Shown: positions 1 through 10,867, numbered from the stretch's first letter. The stretch is DNA of 64,000 nt from an uncultured Candidatus Entotheonella sp. (GCA_965217185.1 OZ244252.1:2304001-2368000); one strand, 5' to 3'. The notes: a model not told the origin generated them from the letters alone. Made by a program: numbers and translations.

Positions 1-93
1 GAGCAGCAGGCTCACCACTGTTGCCGCAGCCAGCGGTAGGATGAATGGCAGGCCTTCCGAGGCCAAAGGGAGTCGGGCAGGCCAAATCGTCAT
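1..93 (-). CDS. psd: 5' end of a probable phosphatidylserine decarboxylase (runs off the window)
   Basis: Manual translation from ATG at 93: MTIWPARLPLASEGLPFILPLAAATVVSLLL. This resembles the 'P(I/L)AxEGxPFI + hydrophobic stretch' N-terminus of short-type Psd, which commonly follows ilvBN(C). Confidence 0.55.
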   Translation of the reverse strand, partial: MTIWPARLPLASEGLPFILPLAAATVVSLLL

Positions 94-129
94 ACGATCC
101 ATTCCGCCCATATGGGGTTTCGGCCGGCG

Positions 130-642
130 CTACATTGCGCCCTGGCCGCGGCCAATGGCGATTTTACCCGTGCGTACCATTTCCTTGATACCGAGCGGCT
201 TGAGCAGATCGATGACAGCGCGAATCTTCCCCTCATCGCCGGTCACTTCGAGCACATAGGTCTTTGCCGTTACGTCGACGATTTTCGCCCGGAAAATCTC
301 GGCGATGCGGAAAACCTCGGCACGCCTGAAATCCTCCGTATTGACCTTGATGAGCACCATTTCCCGGTCAACGTGGGACTCTTCGCTGAGATCCGTCACC
401 TTGATGACGTCGATCAGGCGATTCAGCTGCTTGTTGACTTGCTCCAGGATCTTGTCGTCACCGGCCGTCACCAGCGTGACACGGGACACCGACGGGTCTT
501 CGGTCTCCGCCACGCTCAGGCTCTCGATATTGAATCCGCGAGCGCTGAACAGGCCGGTGATACGGCCCAAAACACCGAACTGATTCTCCACCAGGACGGC
601 AAAAGTATGCCGCTGCACCTCACCGTTTTGCTGCCTTGGCAT
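130..642 (-). CDS. ilvN: Acetolactate synthase small (regulatory) subunit
   Basis: ACT-domain motif VLVENQFGVLGRITGLFSARGFNIESL; KQLNRLIDVIKV; follows ilvB. Confidence 0.97.
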   Translation of the reverse strand: MPRQQNGEVQRHTFAVLVENQFGVLGRITGLFSARGFNIESLSVAETEDPSVSRVTLVTAGDDKILEQVNKQLNRLIDVIKVTDLSEESHVDREMVLIKVNTEDFRRAEVFRIAEIFRAKIVDVTAKTYVLEVTGDEGKIRAVIDLLKPLGIKEMVRTGKIAIGRGQGAM

Positions 643-654
643 CGTATGCCGCCC

Positions 655-2340
655 CTATGCCAAGAGCATGTCTTTGATGGAGCCGCCGGTGGGGATCATG
701 GGGAAAACGTTCTCGGTCATTTTCACCACGAAATCGAGGACTACCGGACGGCGCAGGCGGATGGCTTCCTCAAGCGCAGGACGCACCTCGTCGGGCTTGG
801 TGGCCCGCAGTCCCACCGCTCCGTAAGCCTCGGCGAGTTTCACATAGTCGGGGCTCACCTCGAGGCTGGTGTCGGCGTAGCGGCCTTCGTAGAAAAACTG
901 CTGCCACTGGCGAACCATGCCCAGGCTGTGGTTGTTCAGGATCGCCACGATGACGGGCAGGTCGTACTGTACTGCGGTGGCCAGCTCCTGCACGTTCATC
1001 TGGAAGCTGCCGTCGCCGGCGATGTCGATAACGGTGCGATCCGGGCAGGCGATCTGGGCGCCGATGGCAGCGGGAAAGCCATAGCCCATGGTGCCGAGGC
1101 CGCCCGAGGTGATGAAGTGGCGGGGCTTCATGAAGTGGTAATACTGCGCGGCCCACATCTGATGCTGGCCCACCTCGGTGGTGATGATGGCGTCGCCCGC
1201 CGTGACCTCGTAAATCTGCTCGCAGACGTATTGCGGCATGAGTTCGCCATCCGGATCCTGCTCGTACGACAACGGGAAATCCCGCTGCCACTCGGCGATT
1301 TGCGCCAACCAGGACGCGTGCGCCGCATACCAATCCTTGCCCTCCATGGCCCGCAACTCCTTGAGCAGGCGCTGCAAGCACATCTTCACGTCACCGACGA
1401 TCGGTAGGGCGACGGGGATGTTCTTGCCGATGGAGGATGGATCAATGTCGATATGGATGAACTCGGCGCTGACGCAGAATTCTTCAAGGTTGCCGGTGAC
1501 CCGGTCGTCGAAGCGGGCGCCGACGGCGATGACCAGATCGGCCTGATCCATGGCCATGTTCGCCGTGTAGGTGCCGTGCATGCCCAGCATGCCGAGCCAC
1601 AGGTCGTGGCGGCCGGGAAAGCCGCCCAGCCCCATCAGGGTGTTGGTGACCGGCGTCGCGGCGAATTCGCCGAGTTCGTGCAACTCAGCCGCCGCCTCGG
1701 AGTGAATGACGCCACCGCCCGCGTAGATGACCGGCCGCTCCGCGGCGGCCAGCATTTCAGCAGCGCGCCGGATCTGCCCGGCGTGGCCGAGGGTCGTTGG
1801 CTTGTAGCCGCGAATGTCCACATTGTCGGGATAGTTAAAATCCGTTGAGTCCGTGGCCACATCTTTGGGGATGTCGACCAGCACCGGGCCGGGGCGTCCG
1901 GTGGAGGCAATGTAGAAGGCTTCCTTGATCGTGCGGGCTAAGTCCTTGACGTCCCTTACTAAGTAGTTGTGCTTCGTGCACGAGCGGGTCATGCCGACGA
2001 TGTCCGCCTCCTGAAAGGCATCGTTGCCGATAACGCCGGTGGGCACCTGACCGGTGAACACGACGATGGGCGTGGAGTCCATGAACGCATCGGCGAGACC
2101 GGTGACCACGTTCGTGCCGCCGGGTCCCGAGGTTACCAGCACAACGCCGGGCCGTCCGGTGGCGCGCGCGTACCCTTCCGCCATGTGTACCGCCCCCTGC
2201 TCGTGGCGGGTCAGAATATGGCGGATTCGGCCGCTGTACAGGGCGTCGTTGAGCGGCAAAATGGCCCCGCCCGGGTGTCCAAAGATGGTATCAACGCCCT
2301 CTGCCAACAAACTTTCGATGAAGATTTCAGCGCCTTGCAT
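655..2340 (-). CDS. ilvB: Acetolactate synthase large subunit, biosynthetic
   Basis: [35 protein letters not shown] and TPP motif GDGSFQMN. Confidence 0.98.
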   Translation of the reverse strand: MQGAEIFIESLLAEGVDTIFGHPGGAILPLNDALYSGRIRHILTRHEQGAVHMAEGYARATGRPGVVLVTSGPGGTNVVTGLADAFMDSTPIVVFTGQVPTGVIGNDAFQEADIVGMTRSCTKHNYLVRDVKDLARTIKEAFYIASTGRPGPVLVDIPKDVATDSTDFNYPDNVDIRGYKPTTLGHAGQIRRAAEMLAAAERPVIYAGGGVIHSEAAAELHELGEFAATPVTNTLMGLGGFPGRHDLWLGMLGMHGTYTANMAMDQADLVIAVGARFDDRVTGNLEEFCVSAEFIHIDIDPSSIGKNIPVALPIVGDVKMCLQRLLKELRAMEGKDWYAAHASWLAQIAEWQRDFPLSYEQDPDGELMPQYVCEQIYEVTAGDAIITTEVGQHQMWAAQYYHFMKPRHFITSGGLGTMGYGFPAAIGAQIACPDRTVIDIAGDGSFQMNVQELATAVQYDLPVIVAILNNHSLGMVRQWQQFFYEGRYADTSLEVSPDYVKLAEAYGAVGLRATKPDEVRPALEEAIRLRRPVVLDFVVKMTENVFPMIPTGGSIKDMLLA

Positions 2341-2401
2341 GGCTTAGGCCCTTCCCTACGACGCGTGTGGATAGAAGCACCGCGTTAATGAGGTATGCAG
2401 A

Positions 2402-2623
2402 TTACTGGTATTGCTGCAGGATGACCAGCATGCGGTCCTTGCCCTGGAGCTTAAGCTTCTGCAGCCGTTTGCGGTCCAATTCCTGTTCGCTGCTGAGATA
2501 CGGCAAGTTGGTGTACGCCTCAAGTTGGCTTTCGTATTGTTGATGCTCGTCGAGCAAGCGCCGAAACTCGATGTCTTCCTGCCGTAGGCGTGCAATTGTC
2601 GCCTCGGAAATGCCTTCAAGCAT
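2402..2623 (-). CDS. DUF465/YdcH-like small coiled-coil protein (73 aa)
   Basis: From ATG at 2623: ...EFRRLLDEHQQYESQL...LQKLKLQGKDRM, matching the 'LKKxKLxxKD' pattern. Purine-rich RBS upstream; overlaps the tsaB stop. Confidence 0.8.
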   Translation of the reverse strand: MLEGISEATIARLRQEDIEFRRLLDEHQQYESQLEAYTNLPYLSSEQELDRKRLQKLKLQGKDRMLVILQQYQ

Positions 2624-3341
2624 GGGCCGCTCCTTTCTCTTGCCGGCTTGCCGCGGGTGACGCCTTGCGTCGCGGCAGGCGGGCATCGGCGGGTCTGATG
2701 TAGATAGGTGTGAGATGGTAGCCGTCGTCAGAGCCGGTCGTCGCCAGACGTTCACAGCCCAAGCGGGCCACGTTAGCCGCCAGCGCAAAGTCGCTGCCAA
2801 GGTCCCTGCATACCGCCTGTTCGCCCAATCTTGACGCTAAGAATTCGCCGTAGCTTTGCACCCCGCTGCCGAGAAACAAGGTGCGTTCCTGAACAAGGGT
2901 GCACAGGGTGTCTGGTGCGACGGCCATTCCAGGCATGGTTTCGTATATTTGCCGGTCTTGTCGGCGGTAAAAGGCGGCATACACCTCACCGCGGCGTGCC
3001 TCGATGACTGGGCAAATCAGGCCATCCCAATCTGCGGCTGCGTCCACCAGCGCCTCGAAGGTACTACAGCCTATCAGGGGCCTCTTGTACGCCGTAACCA
3101 GACCCTGCGCCGTTGCCAACCCCACCCGCAAGCCGGTAAAAGCCCCAGGGCCCAGGTTCACCGCCACACCGGCAACGTCGGCGACAGCGCGGCCCGCCTG
3201 CGCGCACAAGTTGTCGATAAGACGCACCAAATGGGACGAGGCGGCAGATCGCCCTGGTAAGTGGGCGCATGCGACGATTTGACCTGTTTCAACAAGGGCT
3301 GCACTACAGGAGGGGCTTGCTGTGTCGATACCGAGGATCAT
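2616..3341 (-). CDS. tsaB: tRNA t6A biosynthesis protein TsaB
   Basis: MILGIDTA; GPGAFTGLRVG; EARRGEVY; PIYIRP. Confidence 0.95.
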   Translation of the reverse strand: MILGIDTASPSCSAALVETGQIVACAHLPGRSAASSHLVRLIDNLCAQAGRAVADVAGVAVNLGPGAFTGLRVGLATAQGLVTAYKRPLIGCSTFEALVDAAADWDGLICPVIEARRGEVYAAFYRRQDRQIYETMPGMAVAPDTLCTLVQERTLFLGSGVQSYGEFLASRLGEQAVCRDLGSDFALAANVARLGCERLATTGSDDGYHLTPIYIRPADARLPRRKASPAASRQEKGAAHA

Positions 3342-3542
3342 TATGGACGGCCCATCGTCTATTCGAGCGAAAAACGTACATTAATCGCAGTCTGAGGAGA
3401 CGCCAACATAGCATGGTATTCGTCACATCGTCAAGGGACTTGCCCGGCTTGGAGCGGGGCAGTACAATGCGATTTCGCTTCCTGAAATAGCGGTGGCGGA
3501 CGCCTGTTTTGCCAATCCTGAAAAAGTTGGAAGGAACCTGAC

Positions 3543-4325
3543 GTGGGCAGGCTGCTGACGGTTGTCACAGCGGGGATTCTGTGTGTGTTCGCGCTGACTG
3601 GCTGCGCCTCGAAAAAGAAAACGCTGACGGCGGAGGAAATACTGCGCTCGGGCGACACGCAACTTGGGCGCCAGCGTGGCGACAAGGCGCGCGGGTTTTA
3701 TGAGCAGCTACTGGAAGAAGATCCCGAGAGCAGATACAAGGCGGAGGTGCAATTCAAAATCGCCGAATCACTCTACAGCGAAAAGAGCTATCTCGAAGCC
3801 CGCTTCGAATACGAGAAGTTTCTCGAGCTCTACCCCCAACACCCGCTCGCCGCGCAGGCGCAATTTCAGATTGGTATGTGTCACGCGCAGAAAGTGAACC
3901 CATTCGACCGCGACCAGAAGGTAACCCTGAACGCCTTGCGGGCGTTTCGCCTCTTCAGGCAAAAATACCCCCAGGAGACATTGCTGCAGGAAGCAGAGGC
4001 GCAGATCACCTCCCTGCGCCAGCGCTTGGCCGAACACGAGTTCGACGTGGCGCGTTTCTACTACCGGAAGGAAGCCTATCAGGCAGCTATCCGGCGCCTG
4101 CTCAACCTGATTCAGGTATACCCCGATATGTCCGACACGGACGTCGCCTTTTACATGCTGGCCGACAGCTACCGTCGAGAAGAGAATTACGTCAAAGCGG
4201 CGCGCGTCTTTCGTAACCTCGTGGATCGTTTCCCCACCAGCGCCTATGTGTCCCGCTCGGCGGCGCGGTTGCGTAACCTACCCGACACCGGTATATCGCG
4301 CGATGCGGACGGCGCCGGGCCATGA
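3543..4325 (+). CDS. bamD: Outer membrane protein assembly lipoprotein BamD
   Basis: Lipobox LTGC, TPR helices, FDRDQ, LAEHEFDVARFYYR. Confidence 0.92.
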   Translation: MGRLLTVVTAGILCVFALTGCASKKKTLTAEEILRSGDTQLGRQRGDKARGFYEQLLEEDPESRYKAEVQFKIAESLYSEKSYLEARFEYEKFLELYPQHPLAAQAQFQIGMCHAQKVNPFDRDQKVTLNALRAFRLFRQKYPQETLLQEAEAQITSLRQRLAEHEFDVARFYYRKEAYQAAIRRLLNLIQVYPDMSDTDVAFYMLADSYRREENYVKAARVFRNLVDRFPTSAYVSRSAARLRNLPDTGISRDADGAGP

Positions 4326-4348
4326 CATAACGCCCGCTGGTTGAGGCT

Positions 4349-4933
4349 TTGGAGCTTATGGCATTACAGCAATCCGATTCATCTGCATCGCAGTCACAGA
4401 CGGGGCACGGGCTGAACTGGCCTAATCGGATCACCCTGATGCGCATCTTCCTGGTGCCGGTTCTGCTGGTGTTTCTGATTTCGCCGCGGGGCTGGTCGCC
4501 CATCATTGCGGCGACCATCTTCCTCATTGCCGCTTTCACGGACTGGCTCGACGGCCACTTGGCACGCAGCACGAACCAGATCACACGCCTGGGGCAACTA
4601 CTCGATCCGATTGCCGACAAGCTTCTGGTTACCGCCGCGTTGGTATCCCTGGTGGGCCGGCAACAGGTGCCGGCGTGGATCGTGGTCATCATTCTGTGCC
4701 GCGAGCTGGCGGTCACCGGCCTTCGCGCCATGGCAGCGGACCGGCACGTCATCATTGCCGCTGAGGCATACGGCAAGTACAAAATGCTGTTCTTCATCGT
4801 TGGCGTCTTTCTGCTTGTCCTGAACCTCCCCGAGTTGTACTGGCCTGGAATGGTCGCCTTGGGCGTGGGACTGGTCCTGAGCGTCGTTTCCGGCATTGAC
4901 TACCTGCGCAAGTACTTGGCGCAGATTCTCTAG
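4349..4933 (+). CDS. pgsA: CDP-diacylglycerol--glycerol-3-phosphate 3-phosphatidyltransferase
   Basis: NWPNRITLMRI; CDP-alcohol motif DWLDGHLAR...GQLLDPIADK. Start could be ATG 4358. Confidence 0.95.
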   Translation: MELMALQQSDSSASQSQTGHGLNWPNRITLMRIFLVPVLLVFLISPRGWSPIIAATIFLIAAFTDWLDGHLARSTNQITRLGQLLDPIADKLLVTAALVSLVGRQQVPAWIVVIILCRELAVTGLRAMAADRHVIIAAEAYGKYKMLFFIVGVFLLVLNLPELYWPGMVALGVGLVLSVVSGIDYLRKYLAQIL

Positions 4934-4946
4934 AAAGCCTTCAATC

Positions 4947-5531
<585 letters not shown>

Positions 5532-5557
5532 CCCATCGCGATGGGGATATTTTGGCT

Positions 5558-5586
5558 TTGCAAGAAAGAGGAATCTGCTATATAGT
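5558..5586 (+). promoter_or_regulatory. Sigma70-type promoter for the tRNA cluster
   Basis: TTGCAA (5558-5563), 17-nt spacer, TATAGT (5581-5586), ending 22 nt before tRNA-Gly. Confidence 0.7.
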
Positions 5587-5608
5587 CTCCTGCCTTGCGG
5601 GAGGCAAC

Positions 5609-5681
5609 GCGGGTGTAGCTCAGCTGGTAGAGCACAACCTTGCCAAGGTTGGGGTCGCCGGTTCGAATCCGGTCACCCGCT
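5609..5681 (+). tRNA. tRNA-Gly (GCC)
   Basis: Acceptor stem GCGGGTG/CACCCGC, anticodon arm CAACC-TTGCCAA-GGTTG, T-loop TTCGAAT; CCA not encoded. Confidence 0.97.
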
Positions 5682-5720
5682 TCCGCTAAGCGCTAGGCTG
5701 CGGACACTTCCTCATACATC

Positions 5721-5791
<71 letters not shown>

Positions 5792-5852
5792 CTCACGCCT
5801 TCAGCAGATTCCTTTTTCCCCTTCAAACACAAATTCTCGTCCGCGTTTTATT

Positions 5853-5936
5853 GCCGGGGTGGTGGAATGGTAGACACAACGGACTTAAAATCCGTTGGAC
5901 CATGCGTCCGTGCCGGTTCGAGTCCGGCCCTCGGCA
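5853..5936 (+). tRNA. tRNA-Leu (TAA)
   Basis: Acceptor stem GCCGGGG/CCTCGGC, anticodon arm ACGGA-CTTAAAA-TCCGT, long variable arm GGAC-CATGC-GTCC, T-loop TTCGAGT. Confidence 0.97.
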
Positions 5937-5945
5937 TGTAGCTTC

Positions 5946-6332
5946 CTACCGCAACCAATCGCACGATTTTGCTGCTTTGTTCCATCCCCATCCGGCCAGT
6001 AGAGCACCTACCCCGTCGGCCATCACGTCCGATAGTTCCGCCTGCCGCTCGCATACGAATGATTGATGCCCTTCGTCAAAGCAACCATAGGCAACGGTCG
6101 CCAGCACGCCGAATATGACCACGGCCTGCCGTGACCACGTCGGCTTCTGCAACCTCAGGGCTCGGCAGATCAATACGGCCAGGCCGCCGAATACGAGCAC
6201 GTGCACCAGTTTGTCGCCAATTTTGAGTTGCGGCAAGTCGTTCCCTGGGATGCTGGAAACGACGAAAATACCGGCAGCGTAGAGAATGGCCAGGGCCCAC
6301 CGGATGAGGATTCTGCGCGGTTCCCACGGCAT
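5946..6332 (-). CDS. VanZ family membrane protein
   Basis: IFVVSSIP, DKLVH, YGCFDEGHQSFV..R, DVMADGVG; ATG at 6332. Confidence 0.88.
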   Translation of the reverse strand: MPWEPRRILIRWALAILYAAGIFVVSSIPGNDLPQLKIGDKLVHVLVFGGLAVLICRALRLQKPTWSRQAVVIFGVLATVAYGCFDEGHQSFVCERQAELSDVMADGVGALLAGWGWNKAAKSCDWLR

Positions 6333-6349
6333 TCGGTCGGGGTCACGAC

Positions 6350-7687
6350 TCAGACGGGGGTAGTGGAACAGGGGACGCCAACGGCGAGCGTGGAGGTCGT
6401 GGTGTTCTGCTGAAGGATGAGACGGCGATAAAGTCGCACATTGTTCTCGACGATGAGAGGCCAAGCGAAAGCTTGTGCCCGTTCGGGGCCGGCTTGGCGC
6501 ATGGCGCTTTGCAATTGCGGGGAGGCCAGGAGGCGAGAAATGGCCTGCGCAAAGGCCCGCCAGTCGCCCGAGGGAACCAGCAAGCCGGAATCGCCGTGAA
6601 CGATTGTGGAGGCCAAGCCGCCGACTTCCGACGCCACCACCGGCGTGCCGCAGGCCATCGCTTCCAATGCCACCATGCCGAATGATTCGTAGTGCGACGG
6701 CATGACAAAAATGTCGGCGGCAGCGTAATACTGAGCCAATTTTTCCTGGGGCTGTGCCTTGATGTAATGCACGTTGTTCAGCCCCAATCTGTGTCCCAGC
6801 GTTTGCAGGCGGCTGAGTTCCGCCGTTTCACGCTCATCCTGATCATCGAGCCCGCCGCCGACGATCAGAACGCATACGTCCGGGTAGTCACGACGGATGT
6901 CGGCGGCGGCCCGCAGCATGGTGTCAATACCTTTGGAAGGCTGTAGGCGCCCGACAGAGAGCAGGATTGGCGCCTCGGGCGGCAATGACAAATCAGCCTT
7001 GGCACGCCGTTTATCCTGGGGCTGAAAACGCGCCATATCCACGCCGCAAGGGATCACCGCCACGTTGGCCGGATCGACGTCATAGTGCCACACCATATGT
7101 TGCTTGCTGGCAGGGCTCTCCGCGACCAAGGCGTCGCTACCCTGGAGCACCTTGCGCTCGACCTGCAGCCGCCGTCTGGGTTCCTGCTCCCAGGGAAGCT
7201 GAGCCGCGGCGTTTTTCGGGTAACCCAGGGTATGAGACATATGCACGATGGGGAGATCGAGGGTCAGGCGAAGCTGCATCGCAACCCAGCCGGACAACCA
7301 GTAGTGACTGTGGAGGATGTCGTATTGCAAGGCGTTCTCGTTGATAAAGTCCTGCATCCCATCAACAAATTCGGGCAGGTGGTCCCAAACCCGGTGCTTG
7401 CTGTACGGCGCCGCCGGGCCGGCAGACAGATGGATGACGCGCGCTTGGTCCGCAAAATCAACTACGGTCGGATGGCAAGGGTCCTGGCGGCGCGTGTAAA
7501 CGTCCACGGCGATGCCTAACCCGCTCAAGTGGCGGCTCAGTTCCCGCACGTAAACATTCATGCCACCGGTTTCGCGGCCGCCCAAGGTGGCCAACGGACA
7601 GCTATGCACGCTGATCATGGCCACTCGCCGCGGTGGTAGCACGGGGGGCGCGACGGACCTCATACGCACGACTCCTGAACCGGACAA
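6350..7687 (-). CDS. GT4 glycosyltransferase, MshA-like
   Basis: HSCPL..LGGRETGGMNVYV, HSHYWLSG, VGRLQPSKG, ESFGMVALEAMACGTPVVAS. Real start may be a few codons downstream. Confidence 0.9.
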   Translation of the reverse strand: MSGSGVVRMRSVAPPVLPPRRVAMISVHSCPLATLGGRETGGMNVYVRELSRHLSGLGIAVDVYTRRQDPCHPTVVDFADQARVIHLSAGPAAPYSKHRVWDHLPEFVDGMQDFINENALQYDILHSHYWLSGWVAMQLRLTLDLPIVHMSHTLGYPKNAAAQLPWEQEPRRRLQVERKVLQGSDALVAESPASKQHMVWHYDVDPANVAVIPCGVDMARFQPQDKRRAKADLSLPPEAPILLSVGRLQPSKGIDTMLRAAADIRRDYPDVCVLIVGGGLDDQDERETAELSRLQTLGHRLGLNNVHYIKAQPQEKLAQYYAAADIFVMPSHYESFGMVALEAMACGTPVVASEVGGLASTIVHGDSGLLVPSGDWRAFAQAISRLLASPQLQSAMRQAGPERAQAFAWPLIVENNVRLYRRLILQQNTTTSTLAVGVPCSTTPV

Positions 7688-8697
7688 ACGCTCCGCACCA
7701 TGAACTGCGACAGCGGGCGGTCACTCGCGCCGAAGCGATACTTGTAGGCTTCATTGCCGCGCAAAAAGTCGAAAGCAACGAAGCCGCGGTCAATGGCGCT
7801 GCGAATGCGATTGGCAAACAGCACGATCCCCGCGCTCAAGACGCCGTAATCTGGATGGTAACCTGAATTATACGCCGCATAGGTGGTGCCGTAGGTCATA
7901 CAGCACAGCCCCGCGATGGGGCGGGCATCGGCATGCAGGAAGGCCAGTTCCAGCCACCCCTCCCGCCATAGTTGATGTGCCATGTCTCTGAAGAACGCCA
8001 CTTTTGCCGGGGTCATGAAGCCCTGCTTGTCGTCCTGCTGGCTCATGCGGTGCAGCGCGATGAAGGTATCCAGGTCCTCGTCAAGCCGATCCGGCGTGTC
8101 GGTGACGGTGTATGCCAACTCGGCGGCGTTCTCAGCGCGGCGAATCTTACGGCGCAACTCATGGCGGTCCTTGCCGCGCAGGGTGGCCAGGTAGGCGTTC
8201 CAATCCGCGGGCAACACGATGGTGGGGCAGGTTTCGATCGTCTCGGTTTCCACAAGCAGCCCCTGTTTGGTCAAGCTGTCCTGTAGCAGGGCTGCCGTCG
8301 CCGAACTGGCCGACAGATTGTTCAGGCAGATTTCCACATCTTCACTGGCTTGTGACATGAGGTAATCCGCCATCGCCTGCACCACGTCATCCTGCCGGTA
8401 CGGAGCGATAAGCAGGTCAAAATAATCGCACAGCTCAAGATCGCCAATGAACCCCAGACGGGTGGAATCGGCGGCGGCGTTACTACGCATCAGAGGCGCT
8501 AAGCCTTGTAGCTGGCCATCGTTGGAGCGCACCGTGAGGATCGACAATTGCCGTCCCGCCCCGAAATGGCGCCACCACGTTTCCTGCCAATGCGGGGTGA
8601 AGAACACGCTCTGAAAAGTCGTCTCGCCGAGCAGCCGCAGCCACTCTGGCCGAAGGGTTTGAAAGGCCGTTTCGGCCGTCAAAACATCAACATGCAT
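7660..8697 (-). CDS. GNAT-fold protein, CelD/BcsL (Acetyltransf_6, FemAB-like) family
   Basis: FFTPHWQETWWRHFG, CDYFD, YLATLRGKDRHELRRKIRR, YNSGY, FDFLRGNEAYKYRFGA; ATG at 8697. Confidence 0.88.
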   Translation of the reverse strand: MHVDVLTAETAFQTLRPEWLRLLGETTFQSVFFTPHWQETWWRHFGAGRQLSILTVRSNDGQLQGLAPLMRSNAAADSTRLGFIGDLELCDYFDLLIAPYRQDDVVQAMADYLMSQASEDVEICLNNLSASSATAALLQDSLTKQGLLVETETIETCPTIVLPADWNAYLATLRGKDRHELRRKIRRAENAAELAYTVTDTPDRLDEDLDTFIALHRMSQQDDKQGFMTPAKVAFFRDMAHQLWREGWLELAFLHADARPIAGLCCMTYGTTYAAYNSGYHPDYGVLSAGIVLFANRIRSAIDRGFVAFDFLRGNEAYKYRFGASDRPLSQFMVRSVCPVQESCV

Positions 8698-8763
8698 GAA
8701 AGAGTCCTTACCAAAAGGAAGGCAGGCACCACGCGGCCTCGTCAACTGCGACCTGCGAATCCG

Positions 8764-9345
8764 TCAAGCAGGAAGCAGGTCGACCCCCGCGGCGTGGCTG
8801 AGGGACGGCCGGTACGAATAACGGACAAAACCGATAATGTTGTAGTACGTGACACGCTGAAACTCGCGAAAGCCCGCCTTGCGAACGCCGCGAATCGAAG
8901 CCACGTTGTCACTCATCACGAAAATCAAGGCGCGCCGCAGCCCGGCCTCCCGGCTGTGTTCCAAAACCCGTTGCAAAACAGCCGGATACAGATTCTGCCC
9001 GCGATGTTCCGCGAAGGTAAAGGCGTCGTACAGGTAGATTTCGTCAGCGCGCGGGTTGATAGCGCAGCCGATCTCGCCGATCTCGACCGCTTTCTGGGTA
9101 ACCCAGCAATACGAAACGATCTTGTTGGTGTCGTTATGGGCTGTCCAGACGAGTTCGCCGCGGTCGAATCGGGTTTGAAACAAGTACCGGTCGGTAACGT
9201 GATCGACATTGGTTTGCTCTGCCCAAGCCGCGGCGTCCAACCGCTTGTAGTCAACGGCTAGCCGGGCTTCACACGACGGCAGCGCGCCGGACGTGAGATC
9301 AACTTCGAACAAGCACAGTGTCTTTTTTGTCAGCATCGGTGTCAT
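8764..9345 (-). CDS. GNAT family N-acetyltransferase
   Basis: YLYDAFTFAEHRGQNLY (motif A) and NVASIRGVRKAGF (motif B); start at ATG 9345 or 9336. Confidence 0.85.
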   Translation of the reverse strand: MTPMLTKKTLCLFEVDLTSGALPSCEARLAVDYKRLDAAAWAEQTNVDHVTDRYLFQTRFDRGELVWTAHNDTNKIVSYCWVTQKAVEIGEIGCAINPRADEIYLYDAFTFAEHRGQNLYPAVLQRVLEHSREAGLRRALIFVMSDNVASIRGVRKAGFREFQRVTYYNIIGFVRYSYRPSLSHAAGVDLLPA

Positions 9346-9380
9346 GCCTTGGGCCCTGCGGGCACGGCTACCCCCGGTTC

Positions 9381-9611
9381 TCACGTTGCCTTCACGGCCC
9401 ACCGGATGACCAGCCAGCCCAGATAAAACACCGCCGCGGCCACCGCTACCCCGCCGTAGAGCAGGGCGCGGATATCCTCGGCGGTTGGAAAAATAAGCAG
9501 GATCCACCACAGCAGCAGCAGGCCGAGAACCTGAAACAGCCGCCCGCCCCAGTACGCCACTCGCCGCAGCCACCGGAACCGCTTCTCCGATGATTCGTTG
9601 CCGTGGACCAT
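9381..9611 (-). CDS. Small two-TM membrane protein
   Basis: Two hydrophobic helices; fills the gap between co-oriented genes. Confidence 0.6.
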   Translation of the reverse strand: MVHGNESSEKRFRWLRRVAYWGGRLFQVLGLLLLWWILLIFPTAEDIRALLYGGVAVAAAVFYLGWLVIRWAVKAT

Positions 9612-9747
9612 CCGTCTGATTTTCTTTCACGCCAAACCGTACGACGGAACCTTCACTTTGTCGCTCGAATCGCCAGCTCGATGGCACTCTACAAAAGCAC
9701 AAAGAAAATATGGTAGGCAGTCAGCCGCCTCCAAGCAAGCACAAAGA

Positions 9748-10149
9748 TCAACGCACAGCAACCGCGATATCACGGATTTGCGTCTGCCGTACCAATCCTA
9801 AAACCGCCATCACCTCGCCATACGGCAGCCGTTTGTCGGCCCTGATGATCACCGAATCCTGACGGTCCGGCGTGCGATTTTCGGCGAGTTTTTCCGCTAT
9901 CTCGTGCAATTGTATGGGCGTTCCGTCAAGAAGCAGTGCGTTTTGCATTCCCATCTCGATAAGGTAAGACTGCGCCGTCTGTTCGGTCTCGCCGCCCGGG
10001 GCCTCCGGCAGCTGTATGTCCAAATGGCTGCCGAGATCGACAAAGGTGGTGGAGATCATGAAGAAGATCAGCAGGAGAAAGACGATATCCGTCATGGAAA
10101 TGAGTTCAAACTGCCCACCACGATCGTCTTCATGACGCTTAAACCGCAT
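9748..10149 (-). CDS. exbD: ExbD/TolR biopolymer transporter
   Basis: SMTDIVFLLLIFFMI; IIRADKRLPYGEVM. Confidence 0.92.
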   Translation of the reverse strand: MRFKRHEDDRGGQFELISMTDIVFLLLIFFMISTTFVDLGSHLDIQLPEAPGGETEQTAQSYLIEMGMQNALLLDGTPIQLHEIAEKLAENRTPDRQDSVIIRADKRLPYGEVMAVLGLVRQTQIRDIAVAVR

Positions 10150-10867
10150 CCGCCTGTCTCCTGAGTTCGCTTACCCTCTGTCGCTGCATGAGGTCTTCGA
10201 CGAGTTCGAGCGCCACTTCTTCCATCTCCTGCACAAAGCGGTCCACGCGGCCGCGGAAGAAATGATACAGAGCAAGGGCGGGGATGCCGATGACAAGGCC
10301 CGACGCGGTACTCAGCAGGGCGGCGGAGATGCCGTTTGCCACCAGGGAAGGATTGCTCGTGCCGGCTGCGGCGATGGCATTGAATGCGCCGATCATGCCG
10401 GCTACGGTGCCGAGAAAACCCAGCATTGGCGCCAGACTCGCGATCAGACCGAAACCGCGGATATAGCTGCTGAGGTTGTACAGCTCAAGCTGGCCGGCGA
10501 CTTCCAGCGCCTTCTCGATCTCCCCCCTGTCGGCCTCGTGACGGCCCAACCCGGCGCGCAGAATACGGGAAATGGCGGCGCGTTCCTCGTCGCAGCAGGC
10601 CAGTGCGGCTTTCACGTCACCTTTGTACCAGTGACGCCGCACCTGTTCGAGAAAGCCCGTCGGGATGATGCGCCGGCGCCGCAGCACCACGCTGCGCTCC
10701 AGCAGCAGCCCGAGGACCACCACGGAGCACAGCATAAGCCCGCCCCACGAGGCCAGGGAGGCGATGGGCAGGACCAAATCGCCGAGCTGCCCGGCGGCCT
10801 CCGAAAATGACCCGGGGAACCACTCCATGGCGTCCTCTAAGCCAGCGCTTTTAAGCCACTCGTACAT
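10139..10867 (-). CDS. exbB: ExbB/TolQ/MotA proton channel protein
   Basis: APMLGFLGTVAGMIGAF; GISAALLSTASGLVIGIPA. Start uncertain. Confidence 0.92.
   Translation of the reverse strand: MYEWLKSAGLEDAMEWFPGSFSEAAGQLGDLVLPIASLASWGGLMLCSVVVLGLLLERSVVLRRRRIIPTGFLEQVRRHWYKGDVKAALACCDEERAAISRILRAGLGRHEADRGEIEKALEVAGQLELYNLSSYIRGFGLIASLAPMLGFLGTVAGMIGAFNAIAAAGTSNPSLVANGISAALLSTASGLVIGIPALALYHFFRGRVDRFVQEMEEVALELVEDLMQRQRVSELRRQADAV

Noticed and set aside
5853..9611. Genomic island integrated at tRNA-Leu
   Set aside because: No integrase, no duplicated tRNA 3' end seen, and composition resembles the host genes.
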